A stretch of 51,981 nucleotides of DNA, taken from NCBI GenBank assembly GCA_030430915.1, contig JAUIKH010000001.1, positions 1 to 51,981 on the forward strand. Direction: 5' to 3'. The stretch is from a bacterium. GTDB lineage: Bacteria; Patescibacteriota; Saccharimonadia; Saccharimonadales; SZUA-47. The notes under the pieces are model-generated. The model was not told the origin of the DNA. It did no database searches and worked only from the letters and a program-made list of their open reading frames with translations. A program made the translations under genes and the position numbers. Numbering within the stretch: position 1 is the stretch's first letter; each line of letters opens with the position of its first letter. Below, piece after piece: positions 1 through 12,820 of this stretch.

Positions 1-471
<471 letters not shown>

Positions 472-695
472 TAAAATGTTGTTACACTTTTACTTCCGAA
501 GAAGTTAAAGATAGCAACAACAGTTAGATAAGTTTTAATCTATACTCAGTAAAAATTTACTGACTTTGTTTAAAAAACATATATCAACCCTGACAATAAA
601 TTGTCAGGAAAATTGACGTTGATTTGCACTATTCAAATTTTAACGTACGCGTATTTAGAGACACTTAAAGACAGAACCCTAAACACTTAGAATTC

Positions 696-724
696 ATTTT
701 ACGTCTAAAAACACTTTAAGTCAA
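696..724 (-). promoter_or_regulatory. candidate sigma70-type promoter of the rRNA operon
   Basis: Minus strand reads TTGACT (724-719), 17 nt, TAAAAT (701-696). It lies ~220 nt upstream of the mature 16S 5' end. The leader has a boxA-like TGCTATCTTTAAC (rc of 514-526) and small hairpins at 548-563 and 588-608. Confidence 0.5.
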
Positions 725-759
725 CTGTAATATTGCCATTATTGTAGTAATTTTGTCTA

Positions 760-3315
760 CTATTTTTTTTCTTTAGTTTTGGTGTTTTTTGCAGGCTCTT
801 CTCCATCTTTTGGTTCTGCTTTAACTAATCCCATAGAAGCAACACTATCACCATCTTTTAGGCGCATAATTCTTACGCCTTGAGTCGCTCTACTAATTTC
901 TGGTATGTCTTTCATCCCAAGTCTTATTGTCTGTCCCTGTTTAGAAATAATTATTATCTCTTGATCATCTCCATCTCTTAGACTTGCGACACCCATTAAC
1001 TTACCAGTTTTAGAGTTTACTACTGCGGATCTTATACCTACACCACCTCTAGCATGTGCGGTGAACTGAGAGACTTTAGTCCTTTTACCGTATCCAAGCT
1101 CGCTAATAACGAATATATTTGCCTCCGGATCGGCAATCACCATCCCAATTACTTTGTCTCCTGTCCTTAATCTTATACCTCGTACCCCACGTGAGACTCT
1201 ACCCATAGACCTAACGCCGCTTTCATGGAATCTAATGGCTTGACCTGCTTCTGTCGAAATTATTATTTCATCATCTCCACTTGTATGTCTAACCCAACGA
1301 AGATGATCGCCGTCGTCTAGATTTATGGCTATTAGACCTGAACTTCTAACGTTTTTGTAGGCTTCTACTGATGTTTTCTTTACAACTCCCCGTACAGTAG
1401 ACATGAACATAAATCCGTCTTTAGCATCTGATTTATGGGTAATTATTGATGTAATTTCTTCATCGGGATGTAGTTGTAATAGATTAACTATAGCCACACC
1501 TTTCGCATTCAATCCAACAGATGGAATCTCATACGTTTTCAGCCTAAAAACCCTACCCCTATCTGTAAAGAACAATAGGAAGTCATGGGTGTTTGCTAAG
1601 ACGAGCTGCTTTATCATATCTTCTTCACGTGTTGTCATACCTCGTCGGCCTTTTCCACCGCGTCCTTGCTTATGATACTCATTTGCCCCGCTACGTTTTA
1701 TGTAGTTAGCTGATGTCATTGTCACAACTACTTGCTCGTTTGGAATTAACTCTTCTTCACTAAATTTACCCAATTCTTGAGGGATAATTTTCGTTCGTCG
1801 ATCTTCAGAATATGATTTCTTAAGCTCTTTAAATTCATCTTTAATTATCTTAAGAATCTTCTTTTCATCTGCAAGTATTGCTTCTAGCTCTGAAATCAGC
1901 TTCATTAGTTCTGCTAGCTCGTCTTCTATCTTTTTTCTTTCTAGTCCAGCTAATGTTCGAAGTTGCATAGCTAAGATTGCCTTAGCCTGAATCTCTGAAA
2001 GTTTAAATTTCTTCATTAGATTTTCTTGAGCTTCATCGGTTGTTTGGCTAGCTCTAATAGTAGCAATAACTTCGTCAATATTATCTAGAGCAATCTTAAG
2101 ACCTTCTAAAATATGCGCTCGGTCTTTTGCTTTTCTTAGTTCAAATTCAGTCCTTCTTCTAACTACTTTCTGGCGGTGCTTAATGTGCTCGTTTATAATG
2201 TCTTGCAGACCCAGTACTCTTGGCTGAATACCGTCTACCAATGCCATCATATTGAAGTTGAACGAACTCTGTAATGGCGTTAGTTTGAACAACTGATTTA
2301 ATAGCTTCTTAGGGAAAGCATCACGCTTTAAATCAATAACTATTCTAACTTCACCTCTAGAACTTTCGTCTCTTAGATCAGCCAAGCCTACTACCTTCTT
2401 CTCTTTGTGAAGATCAGCTATTTTTTCCAATAACGTCGCTTTATTTAGCCCGTAAGGTATCTCTGATATAACAATCTGAGCTTTTCCTTTAGCATTTTCT
2501 GTAACTTCAGCAACACCCCTGACAACTACTCCACCTCTTCCAGTTGCGTAAGCTGTCCTAAGACTGTCTTTTCCATAAATAATGCCTCCCGTCGGGAAGT
2601 CTGGACCTTTAACATATTCTAGAAGATCATCAACAGAAGCTTCAGGGTTGTCTATCTGGTGTATAGTTGCGTCAAGAAGTTCACCAAGATTATGAGGTGG
2701 AATATTAGTGGCCATACCAACGGCAATACCTAGCTGTCCATTAAGTAATAGATTGGGCAATTTAGCCGGTAAAACACTCGGCTCCTGCTCGGAACCATCG
2801 AAGTTATCTCTAAAATCTACGGTATCCTTACTAATATCGCTTAGCAGTTCTTCTGCTATTTTAGCCATTTTGGCCTCTGTGTATCTATAAGCAGCTGGCG
2901 GATCCCCATCCATTGAACCAAAGTTACCTTGACCCTTAACCAACATATGTCTCATAGACCAAGGCTGTGCTAATCGGACCATAGAATCATAGATGGATGT
3001 ATCACCGTGAGGATGATATTTACCGATTACGTCACCGACTACACGTGCACTTTTAACAAATTTTGCCCCTGATCGCCAACCGTTTTTATCCATAGAATAT
3101 AAAATTCGTCTATGAACAGGCTTCATACCGTCACGCACATCAGGTAAGGCACGCTCCACAATAACACTCATGGAATAACGCAAATAACTATCTTCCATTA
3201 CGTTTTCGACTGTACGATTTTCTACAATTCTTGAATGATCCTGGGGTGTCTCAAGCACCTCAACTTCAGGTGTTTTAACATTTTCTTCTGGTGTATTTGA
3301 TTTATCTTCCGCCAT
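760..3315 (-). CDS. gyrA: DNA gyrase subunit A
   Basis: 851-aa ORF. Motifs: [31 protein letters not shown] (QRDR region), AAYRYTEAK (catalytic Tyr region). C-terminal repeats look like a beta-pinwheel. Start lies 1 nt after the gyrB stop. Confidence 0.97.
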   Translation of the reverse strand: MAEDKSNTPEENVKTPEVEVLETPQDHSRIVENRTVENVMEDSYLRYSMSVIVERALPDVRDGMKPVHRRILYSMDKNGWRSGAKFVKSARVVGDVIGKYHPHGDTSIYDSMVRLAQPWSMRHMLVKGQGNFGSMDGDPPAAYRYTEAKMAKIAEELLSDISKDTVDFRDNFDGSEQEPSVLPAKLPNLLLNGQLGIAVGMATNIPPHNLGELLDATIHQIDNPEASVDDLLEYVKGPDFPTGGIIYGKDSLRTAYATGRGGVVVRGVAEVTENAKGKAQIVISEIPYGLNKATLLEKIADLHKEKKVVGLADLRDESSRGEVRIVIDLKRDAFPKKLLNQLFKLTPLQSSFNFNMMALVDGIQPRVLGLQDIINEHIKHRQKVVRRRTEFELRKAKDRAHILEGLKIALDNIDEVIATIRASQTTDEAQENLMKKFKLSEIQAKAILAMQLRTLAGLERKKIEDELAELMKLISELEAILADEKKILKIIKDEFKELKKSYSEDRRTKIIPQELGKFSEEELIPNEQVVVTMTSANYIKRSGANEYHKQGRGGKGRRGMTTREEDMIKQLVLANTHDFLLFFTDRGRVFRLKTYEIPSVGLNAKGVAIVNLLQLHPDEEITSIITHKSDAKDGFMFMSTVRGVVKKTSVEAYKNVRSSGLIAINLDDGDHLRWVRHTSGDDEIIISTEAGQAIRFHESGVRSMGRVSRGVRGIRLRTGDKVIGMVIADPEANIFVISELGYGKRTKVSQFTAHARGGVGIRSAVVNSKTGKLMGVASLRDGDDQEIIIISKQGQTIRLGMKDIPEISRATQGVRIMRLKDGDSVASMGLVKAEPKDGEEPAKNTKTKEKK

Positions 3316-3316
3316 T

Positions 3317-5284
<1,968 letters not shown>

Positions 5285-5428
5285 TTACCCTCTTTTACAA
5301 CTTACTTTTAAGTATCTCCGTACATTATAAATGAAAACATCTGATAGTTACAAATATTTTACTATTGCCTGAACACATAAAAATATGTTTGAATAACATT
5401 AGCGTTATACCAAAAAAGGAAAAATAAT

Positions 5429-7426
5429 ATGTTCAAAAAACTAGTAGCAAACCTACCATTTAACCCAAGCCTGATAACCCAAGTTGGTTTTTATGCCGAT
5501 AGATTAAAAAAAGAGAAATCCATCAGAAGACTTAGCTTTGTTTTTATATCTTTAGCTATGTTCATTCAGATGTTCGCTGTCATTGCTCCTCCTGAGCGAT
5601 CTCTAGCAGCCTCTTCTAATCACATTCAAAATGGGATTAGAACCAGACAGGACATACTAAATGGTTGGGATTTTTATGGAAGTGACTTAGCAGCCATATA
5701 TGAACAATTCGGAATTACAAGAGCTGATATTGCCGCATTACCCCTACATCCAAATGAAACTATTAGATCTACTGACAAAGATTACTGGTCAATCGGCAGA
5801 AATTCGTTAACTGGCTATTCTAATGTTCATCCGCTGTATAAAATTTCTCAAGTAAAAATCCAACACTTGGGCAAAAACACTGCTAGTACAGCAGACGATA
5901 GATATATCTACCAAAGAGCTTTACGCGCATGGGATATTAAAAATCCATCAAATACTTACCGAGCTTTCAGAGGAACTATTTCAGCAACTGGCCAGCCTTT
6001 CTGGATTCTTGTTGATTGCGGTAACTTAACAACAATCGGTAGCTACACCCCACCTCCACCGCCACCAACGCCCGAAAAGCCAACACCTCCACCGCCACCA
6101 ACGCCCGAACCACCAAAACCAAAAATAGAAATCAAAAAGACTATTGTCGACAATCCAAGCAAGCTAAACCCGGGCGATAGCCTCACGTATAGGATTGAAT
6201 ACCGGAACTCTGCTGTTAATTCACTAGCTAAAGATGTAGTAATAGAAGACCAGCTTGATACAAAAAACTACGATATTATTAGTCCGAAAAACTTATCAAT
6301 AAATAATGGATTCTTAAAACATGATGTAGGTAGTCTTTCATATTCTACGAGCTATAACGTCCTATCAATAACTGTGAAGCTAAAAGATCAAGTGCCCTCG
6401 GGTACAAAAGTCTGCAATAAAGCCAGAATAACTTCTAAAAATGCAACGGCTGCAAACAGCAATGAAGTATGTGTTGGCGTAATAGTTGAATGCCCTTACG
6501 ACAGCAGAATACCTGATGTAAATAACCCGAATTGTGTCGAGCCTAAAATTGTCTGTTCAGTAGTCGATGCGGCTATAAATAGAACAACTAGAGAGGTCAC
6601 ATATAAGACTATAGTTACATCATCTAACCCTGAAAATACAGATGTAATTAGCTATAACTACGATTTTGGTGATGGTGCTAATCAAGAATTTAAATATAAA
6701 GAACTTGAACACCAAACAAAACATTCTTTTGGAGCTGGTGACTACACAACAACAGTAACCATAACCTACCGAACTACTGGCCAAGAAGAAACGGGAGATA
6801 AAACTATAGACTGTAGTGTTCCTATTAGCTTCGAGGAAGATCAGCCTCTAGGTCAATCAAAGTCTGTTAGTAATATTACTCAAGACAAAACTGGTGAGAT
6901 AGCTGAATCTAGCCTCGTGAATGGCGGAGATGTACTAGAATACACCCTACTAACTACTAACTCACAAAACTACGACCGAGAAGGTTTAACTGTAGACGAC
7001 TACATCGGTGATCTATTGGATTACTCCACATTAGATATGGAGTTCTTAAAGGAACAAGGTGGAGCATTCGACGAAGAATCAAATAAGATAATATGGAACG
7101 ACGTATCAATTTTAGGTGCATCATCAGCTGAACACAAATTCAGAGTAACTATTAAAGACCCTATTCCTTCTACAAATGCTCCTTCTACTGTAAGCACCAG
7201 TTATGACTGTAAAATAAGTAATGAATACGGAACAGAGATAACAATGGACATAAACTGCCCTCTTGTAAAAAATCTAGAAACACTTCCAAACACTGGTCCA
7301 GGGGCTGGCTTAACCATGACAGTAGGGGCAACAACAGTAATAGGCTACTTCTTTGCTAGGACTAGACTACTCGCAAAAGAGATAGGTATTATCAGAAAAG
7401 ACTATGTAACAAGTGGAGGAGTATAA
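5429..7426 (+). CDS. LPXTG-anchored cell-surface protein with Pro-rich linker and Ig-like (DUF11/PKD-like) repeats
   Basis: N-terminal hydrophobic signal anchor (LSFVFISLAMFIQMFAVIA). Linker PPPPPPTPEKPTPPPPPTPEPPKPK. YDFGDG PKD-like motif. C-terminal LPNTG, then a hydrophobic stretch and RTR: a sortase sorting signal. Confidence 0.8.
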   Translation: MFKKLVANLPFNPSLITQVGFYADRLKKEKSIRRLSFVFISLAMFIQMFAVIAPPERSLAASSNHIQNGIRTRQDILNGWDFYGSDLAAIYEQFGITRADIAALPLHPNETIRSTDKDYWSIGRNSLTGYSNVHPLYKISQVKIQHLGKNTASTADDRYIYQRALRAWDIKNPSNTYRAFRGTISATGQPFWILVDCGNLTTIGSYTPPPPPPTPEKPTPPPPPTPEPPKPKIEIKKTIVDNPSKLNPGDSLTYRIEYRNSAVNSLAKDVVIEDQLDTKNYDIISPKNLSINNGFLKHDVGSLSYSTSYNVLSITVKLKDQVPSGTKVCNKARITSKNATAANSNEVCVGVIVECPYDSRIPDVNNPNCVEPKIVCSVVDAAINRTTREVTYKTIVTSSNPENTDVISYNYDFGDGANQEFKYKELEHQTKHSFGAGDYTTTVTITYRTTGQEETGDKTIDCSVPISFEEDQPLGQSKSVSNITQDKTGEIAESSLVNGGDVLEYTLLTTNSQNYDREGLTVDDYIGDLLDYSTLDMEFLKEQGGAFDEESNKIIWNDVSILGASSAEHKFRVTIKDPIPSTNAPSTVSTSYDCKISNEYGTEITMDINCPLVKNLETLPNTGPGAGLTMTVGATTVIGYFFARTRLLAKEIGIIRKDYVTSGGV

Positions 7427-7977
7427 TGTCAGAAAAATTTACACCAAAAAGCCCGGAAGTTGAAGCACCAAAAATTGATCATGAATCTCTACATGAAAGA
7501 CAAGAAAAAGAAGCTATAAAACATGAAAAATCTAAAGAAGCACAAGACGAAACTGTAGAAAAGATAAGATCTAGCGTCGAAACAAAGGCAAAAAGCAGCC
7601 AAGAATACTCACAGACTAAGGAGAAGGCTAAACAACATCATCCTGTCCTAGTTAACAAACAACTCAAAGACATGGCCTACTCCAGGGCAATGGTTAGAAC
7701 AAGAAAACATCTTTCAGCTCCATCCAGAGCTTTCAGCAAAGTTGTACATTCTAAAGTCATGGATAAGCCAAGTGAAGCAATCGGAAAGACTGTTGCTCGG
7801 CCTTCTGGGATGGTAGGCGGAGCTTTATTGGCTTTTGTCGGAACCTCTATTTTGCTTTGGGTAACCAAAAGATACGGATATGAATACAATTATCTAGCAG
7901 TTATGCTTTTGTTTGGTATAGGCATGGTCGTAGGACTTGGCCTAGAAGGACTGTTTAAAATCTTAAAGAAGCGCTAG
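7426..7977 (+). CDS. hypothetical membrane protein (Lys/Glu-rich N-terminus, two C-terminal TM helices)
   Basis: 183-aa ORF. Its ATG overlaps the upstream stop (TAATG). Predicted TM segments are GGALLAFVGTSILLWV and LAVMLLFGIGMVVGLGL. No recognisable catalytic motif. Confidence 0.6.
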   Translation: MSEKFTPKSPEVEAPKIDHESLHERQEKEAIKHEKSKEAQDETVEKIRSSVETKAKSSQEYSQTKEKAKQHHPVLVNKQLKDMAYSRAMVRTRKHLSAPSRAFSKVVHSKVMDKPSEAIGKTVARPSGMVGGALLAFVGTSILLWVTKRYGYEYNYLAVMLLFGIGMVVGLGLEGLFKILKKR

Positions 7978-7981
7978 ATTA

Positions 7982-10900
7982 TTAATCGTTGTTTCTTAGA
8001 TGTAGTGTGTTTTCGCCTTGTGCAGAATTTAAATGTATTGTGCCTTCATTTTGCTGGTTGGCTGTTGGTGTATTCTGTATATTTATTGTTTGTTGAGGCG
8101 TAGTAGCTTGATTAGCTATTGGTTTGTGTGGCGCTTGAAACTGAGGCGTCACTTGAGGCTGAAGCGAATCATTTGATACATGATTACTTATATTATTACC
8201 GGTAGACACATTAGCACCTTGAATGCTATCCATGCTTTGTGGCTCCGCACCATTATTCAAGTGCTGCTGAAAACCTGCATCGTTGGGTCGCACTGGAGTC
8301 GGATGTGTATTGCCGCTTATGGCTTGCGTAGGAGGCCTCTGCTGGATGTTTTGTACAGGACTGGGTTGTTGATTTGGAGATGTCTTAAACGGAGATGAGG
8401 GCGCCTTAAAATCATTTGCCTGTTTTTTCTGCATCCAACTATCAAGAAACGTAGCGTTGGCTTTTGACTTCCCTGGTGCCCCCGGTACTCCTTGAGGTGA
8501 TCCTGGCTTTTGACCCGTAGTTTTTTTAGTAACTGGAACACTAATACGAGCTGTTATCTCTTTATCAACTATAGATTTAGGTCTGCCGTGCTTAGCAGCC
8601 GACAATTGTTTTATTGCCTTACCTAGCTCCTTGTTATCAGCCTTGAGCGGTGGTAAACCAGCCATACTGAATGGTTGAGTAGGCACACCATGGATCATGG
8701 TACGAACTGCAGCATTTCCGTTAGGTATTCGCTGCAGGTCATCACTATCGAAAGAAGGCGCGAACTGCTTTGCTAGAAACTCTGCATCATCAATTCCTAC
8801 CCTTAGCGCAATTACTGTACCTATGTTACCGAATACAGCATCTCGAATCTCTTCAGATAGCTGAGTGGTGAACTGGTTGGCAACGATTACGTTTAGACCG
8901 TATTTTCGTGACTCCGACATAATATCGGCGAAAGAATCTGTCGAATAGTTCTGAAACTCGTCGACATAAAGACAAAAATCAGGCCTTTGTGATCTGTCGA
9001 CATTAGCCCTGCTCATAGCAGCAGCTTGAAACTTCATAACGAAAATCATACCCAGAAGTTTCGAGTTCATTTCCCCTGTTCTACCTTTACTAAGGTTTAC
9101 AATCAAAATCTTTTTATTGTCCATTATGTCTCGAATATTGAACGAGCTTTTTGTTTGACCAATTATGTTCCGCATCATCGAGTTACTCAAAAAAGCACCG
9201 AACTTACTGACAACCCAACTGGTCACTTCACCAGCCTCATTAGATCTCTGAGAGTTTGGCCATTCTTTGGTCCAGAAATCTAAAACGTTCTGATCGTCTA
9301 CATATTTCAGCTTAGCCTTCATAAAATCGGGATCAATTAATAATTTCGGGATGTCCACAAACGTTCCACCCTTTGGATCAGCCATAAGCAAAAGTGCACT
9401 GTTCGTGAATATTCTCTCAAATCTTGGACCAATTATTCCCTGTTTCTGAGGATCATATAGCTTATACAGCAAGTTTATCGACTCTTGAATTAGAAAATCC
9501 TTCTGCTCTGGATAATTAGGATCAAACTCAAACATGTTCAATCCCAAAGGATAATCTGTATCTGAAGGACAGAAATAAATTACATCTTCTGTGCGCTCCT
9601 TGGGCACTAGATTTAACAAGTTATCAGCAACATCACCGTGAGGGTCAATAAATGCAAACCCATCTCCATTTATCATGTCTTGCAAGGCAAGGTTCTCTAG
9701 AAATGTTGATTTACCCACACCAGTCTGACCGACAAAGTATATATGCCTACGACGATCATCTGGATCCAGCACAATTTTCTTTTTAGTACCCCTAAATACG
9801 TTATATCCCAAAACCAAACCTTCTTTTGGAATATTGCGCGGTCCATCGACTTGTTTTGAGTCCTGCCTTCTGAGCTGTGTAGTTGGGATGGTCTTCTGAT
9901 CAGGAAAGTGAAATATCGTCGCTAGCTCAATTGAATTTAATACCGTTTTCTTATTCTCAGGAGGGAAAAATCTCATTATGTAACCAGTTATGAAGCTATC
10001 TATATCCTTTGCAGGCACATACTTGAATCCGTTTTTTCCAGGAGAATCAAATAACGCAAAAGTAGCTACAACGCTATTTAAAACTGACTGTGCCCTTTGA
10101 GTTACATTTGAAGATGCAATTATTCTTATAGCAACTTCAAATCCCGCGTGCCTAGTTTTCTCTTCTATTCCGTCAATTAGTGCCTGGTCTACACCTGTAA
10201 TCTGCTTCTCCTTAGTAATTTCTGTCCTGTTATCTTCAGGGGGTTTTACTGGCGCATACAGTAGCTGTCCAAACCAACTACTTACAGTTTTGGTCGTTAT
10301 CTTTTCGTCTTCGTTCTTGCGCTTTTTCTGGGCAATATTTATTGAATTCTTTCTCCATTCAGAGCCCGCAGGTCTTATCAATATTTGTATGCCCGCACCA
10401 TCTTCATTTTCTAGAGTAGAAAGTGCGTTTAACAGAGACTGCATGGTGTCACGTTTAAGTTCTTGGAAAGTTGCAATTGGGTAAGCACTGTCTTCTTTCA
10501 AAACTAGTTCTCCACCCATTGTTCCGCTTGTACGTCCAACAGGACTAAAAATATTGTGTTCAGCAACTTCTTCTAATCTAGTTGATGGATAAGCGCTTGT
10601 TATTGCCTGTCTAACAACTTCGACCATGCTTACCGGCACAGCAACATAAAAATGTATAAAGCCCTTAGTACCGACTATTTCAAAGGCAAAGTGTTTCTGG
10701 CCATAAAAATTATGTTTAAAGCCAGATTGAATGGTAGAAGCAATGATATCGTAAAGAGTCTCTGCTTTTGAGATTGTCTCATCAACCACATCTCTTTCAT
10801 CTCTGGCTCCTACTTCTGTATCAGCACTCCTTGGAGGAAGATGTATCAGCATTGGGACCATCTTCAGCCCTCTCTCAAAATTTTTCTGCTCCCTCAGAAT

Positions 10901-10993
10901 TTTACGTACATGAAAATATATCCCACCCCCTACTACTGCAAGTAGAGCTGAGATAAATAAAATTACTGACAAGAATACGGGCATAATCGACAC
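7982..10993 (-). CDS. VirD4/TraG/TraD-family (type IV coupling protein-like) P-loop ATPase with long Q/N/P-rich C-terminal tail
   Basis: 1003-aa ORF. N-terminal TM helix, Walker A GQTGVGKST, IDPHGD, Walker B-like LYVDEFQNY, and RKYGLNVIVANQFTTQL. The last ~230 aa (about 7985-8670) are low complexity and rich in Q, P, N and T. Confidence 0.65.
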   Translation of the reverse strand: MSIMPVFLSVILFISALLAVVGGGIYFHVRKILREQKNFERGLKMVPMLIHLPPRSADTEVGARDERDVVDETISKAETLYDIIASTIQSGFKHNFYGQKHFAFEIVGTKGFIHFYVAVPVSMVEVVRQAITSAYPSTRLEEVAEHNIFSPVGRTSGTMGGELVLKEDSAYPIATFQELKRDTMQSLLNALSTLENEDGAGIQILIRPAGSEWRKNSINIAQKKRKNEDEKITTKTVSSWFGQLLYAPVKPPEDNRTEITKEKQITGVDQALIDGIEEKTRHAGFEVAIRIIASSNVTQRAQSVLNSVVATFALFDSPGKNGFKYVPAKDIDSFITGYIMRFFPPENKKTVLNSIELATIFHFPDQKTIPTTQLRRQDSKQVDGPRNIPKEGLVLGYNVFRGTKKKIVLDPDDRRRHIYFVGQTGVGKSTFLENLALQDMINGDGFAFIDPHGDVADNLLNLVPKERTEDVIYFCPSDTDYPLGLNMFEFDPNYPEQKDFLIQESINLLYKLYDPQKQGIIGPRFERIFTNSALLLMADPKGGTFVDIPKLLIDPDFMKAKLKYVDDQNVLDFWTKEWPNSQRSNEAGEVTSWVVSKFGAFLSNSMMRNIIGQTKSSFNIRDIMDNKKILIVNLSKGRTGEMNSKLLGMIFVMKFQAAAMSRANVDRSQRPDFCLYVDEFQNYSTDSFADIMSESRKYGLNVIVANQFTTQLSEEIRDAVFGNIGTVIALRVGIDDAEFLAKQFAPSFDSDDLQRIPNGNAAVRTMIHGVPTQPFSMAGLPPLKADNKELGKAIKQLSAAKHGRPKSIVDKEITARISVPVTKKTTGQKPGSPQGVPGAPGKSKANATFLDSWMQKKQANDFKAPSSPFKTSPNQQPSPVQNIQQRPPTQAISGNTHPTPVRPNDAGFQQHLNNGAEPQSMDSIQGANVSTGNNISNHVSNDSLQPQVTPQFQAPHKPIANQATTPQQTINIQNTPTANQQNEGTIHLNSAQGENTLHLRNND

Positions 10994-11353
10994 CTACCCA
11001 TCTGTTCTAACGTCTTTATTGTATCTTTTTTTGATATACTCTGCCCTCACACGATTTAGCTCTATATTCTGTTTATAAGGATCGCCTTGAGTCCTACTGA
11101 CTATTTCTTTTGCTTTTTCTACCCACTCTTTTTCAATAAGTTCTAAGTCTTCGGCACTCATTTCATTAAGCCCAACTGTTAGTTGATTGTCATCATTACT
11201 AACTGGTTGATTTACTGATGGTTGAGTTTTTGAAAGGTCGTCTTGTGGTACATTTTGAGGCGTGACTAAGTTACTGCCCCCCGTATCATCTGAGGAGTTA
11301 ACTTGCGGTAATTGATGGTCTTGATTATCTGAAGGATGCATTACTGTTGTCAA
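10994..11353 (-). CDS. hypothetical protein (acidic/Q-rich N-terminus, conserved-looking basic C-terminus)
   Basis: 119-aa ORF that abuts the coupling-ATPase start with no gap. No known motif recognised. Confidence 0.55.
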   Translation of the reverse strand: MTTVMHPSDNQDHQLPQVNSSDDTGGSNLVTPQNVPQDDLSKTQPSVNQPVSNDDNQLTVGLNEMSAEDLELIEKEWVEKAKEIVSRTQGDPYKQNIELNRVRAEYIKKRYNKDVRTDG

Positions 11354-11369
11354 TTATAACAACAGCTAA

Positions 11370-11729
11370 TCATTTTGGCCACGTTCTACTGAAATAAAAA
11401 ACGCTTAGTGATACTAAGGATATCAACAAAACGATATCAAACGTCGATATACTTCCTAGAGACGAGAAAATAACAGAGAGAATGAAGAACGAGGCAATTG
11501 CAGCAGAGAGAGCTTTCTGCATGCTTAGCCTCCATTTCGGTGTTATCAAACTAAGTATTAGCCTTGAGAAGAAGTATAAAGATAGCCACATAAGGATAAT
11601 CGGGATAAAACTTAGCCAAAAGTTGCTCTCAGAGGGCTTAGTAGTCAACATGAAGCCAGTTAACAAAGCCATGAAGAACAATACCAATAAAGGAAGTGTG
11701 AATTTTTTATGTCTTAAAGCTCTAATCAT
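11370..11729 (-). CDS. hypothetical integral membrane protein (about 4 TM helices)
   Basis: 119-aa hydrophobic ORF, first gene of the minus-strand run ending in the coupling ATPase. The antisense ORF 11482-11865 is judged spurious. Confidence 0.55.
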   Translation of the reverse strand: MIRALRHKKFTLPLLVLFFMALLTGFMLTTKPSESNFWLSFIPIILMWLSLYFFSRLILSLITPKWRLSMQKALSAAIASFFILSVIFSSLGSISTFDIVLLISLVSLSVFYFSRTWPK

Positions 11730-11743
11730 ACATAGTATAGTAC

Positions 11744-11781
11744 TAAAAAAACCTCCCTTTCTTAATAGTTGGAGGTTTTTT
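11744..11781. terminator. bidirectional intrinsic-terminator-like hairpin
   Basis: AAAAAAA-ACCTCC-(14 nt)-GGAGGT-TTTTTT. The stem is flanked by an A-run and a T-run. It sits ~15 nt upstream of the 11729 start codon on the minus strand. Confidence 0.6.
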
Positions 11782-12739
11782 AGTGCGACTTTGGTTAAGA
11801 GAAGCCCGGACGATAAATCCGCTGTGATACAAGGTTTATTAGCGCTTATCGTCCTGAGGCTCTGACTGACCGCTCAAATAAGTTTTAGGCTTAAGTGAGC
11901 GATATTTTTATTTTTATTCAGTGTTTTTATTTTTTCTGAACATAGCTAGATACTAGCAGTATTTTTTAATTATGTCAACAGTTTTTTTATTTTTATACTG
12001 TTGTTGATATTATATTAACTGTTACAAAATGCTGACGAAGATAGTTGTACAATTATTGTATTACTTTATTTCTACAACACTAAAATTTTTATATTATGCT
12101 CTTTTCAGATACTTTTTTTGAATAACTATCTGCTATTATCTGCCCATCGAAAACGTCCATACTACGTGAAAATCCTATGCTTTTTATGCATTCTGAGGTC
12201 TGTTATTTTAGCTACATGATTATGTTTTTTAATATAAAGTCGTGTTATATTTTTGTCATTGTATTGCCTTTTTTTCTTAATAACAGTTAAACCAAGCTTT
12301 GCTTGTTTTATCTTGAGCACTTTTAGTAATCTAAATTCATCTAGCTGAATAAATTAATATTTAAAGTTACTTAGCAGTATTGTCAAAAACTTAGATAATA
12401 CGTATTTTCAAGACATACAAATATAGTGGACTTGGTTTCATCAACAAAAATTGGTCATTGCTATTTCTATTCTTCATCAATAAATATCACTAAAGCTAGT
12501 TAGTGTTTTTGTTTGATAATGATGCGAAAGTTTAATGTAGCATTGATTAATTCTAGTTTATTATTTATTTTTTATCCCTAAAATAAGCATGCTTTGTATC
12601 TACACATTTACTTACAGATGCTTGGTTTGATCAATAAAATGCACTTATATTGTAATCATAGTTTTCAAGATTTTTACTGGTAATAATTAAACTTTAAAAA
12701 ACTATTGACATTAGCATTTTGTAAGGTTAGGATATCAGT

Positions 12740-12820
12740 AGCGCTTTGAACAAATAAAGTGCTCAAAAACAAAAACGTATCTGTAACAACGACTTCTCGC
12801 AGGTCGTTGTTCTTTTTTTT
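12740..12820 (+). ncRNA. candidate small RNA or leader: promoter, ~80 nt, intrinsic terminator
   Basis: TTGACA (12705-12710), 17 nt, TAGGAT (12728-12733). Then a hairpin AGCGCTTT..AAAGTGCT. Then the terminator AACAACGAC-(9 nt)-GTCGTTGTT (12785-12811) followed by C plus 8 T. No credible ORF; the 67-aa GTG ORF 12759-12962 runs through the terminator. Confidence 0.35.

Noticed and set aside
11482-11865. 127-aa '+' ORF
   Set aside because: It is antisense to the membrane-protein gene and runs through the bidirectional terminator at 11744-11781.
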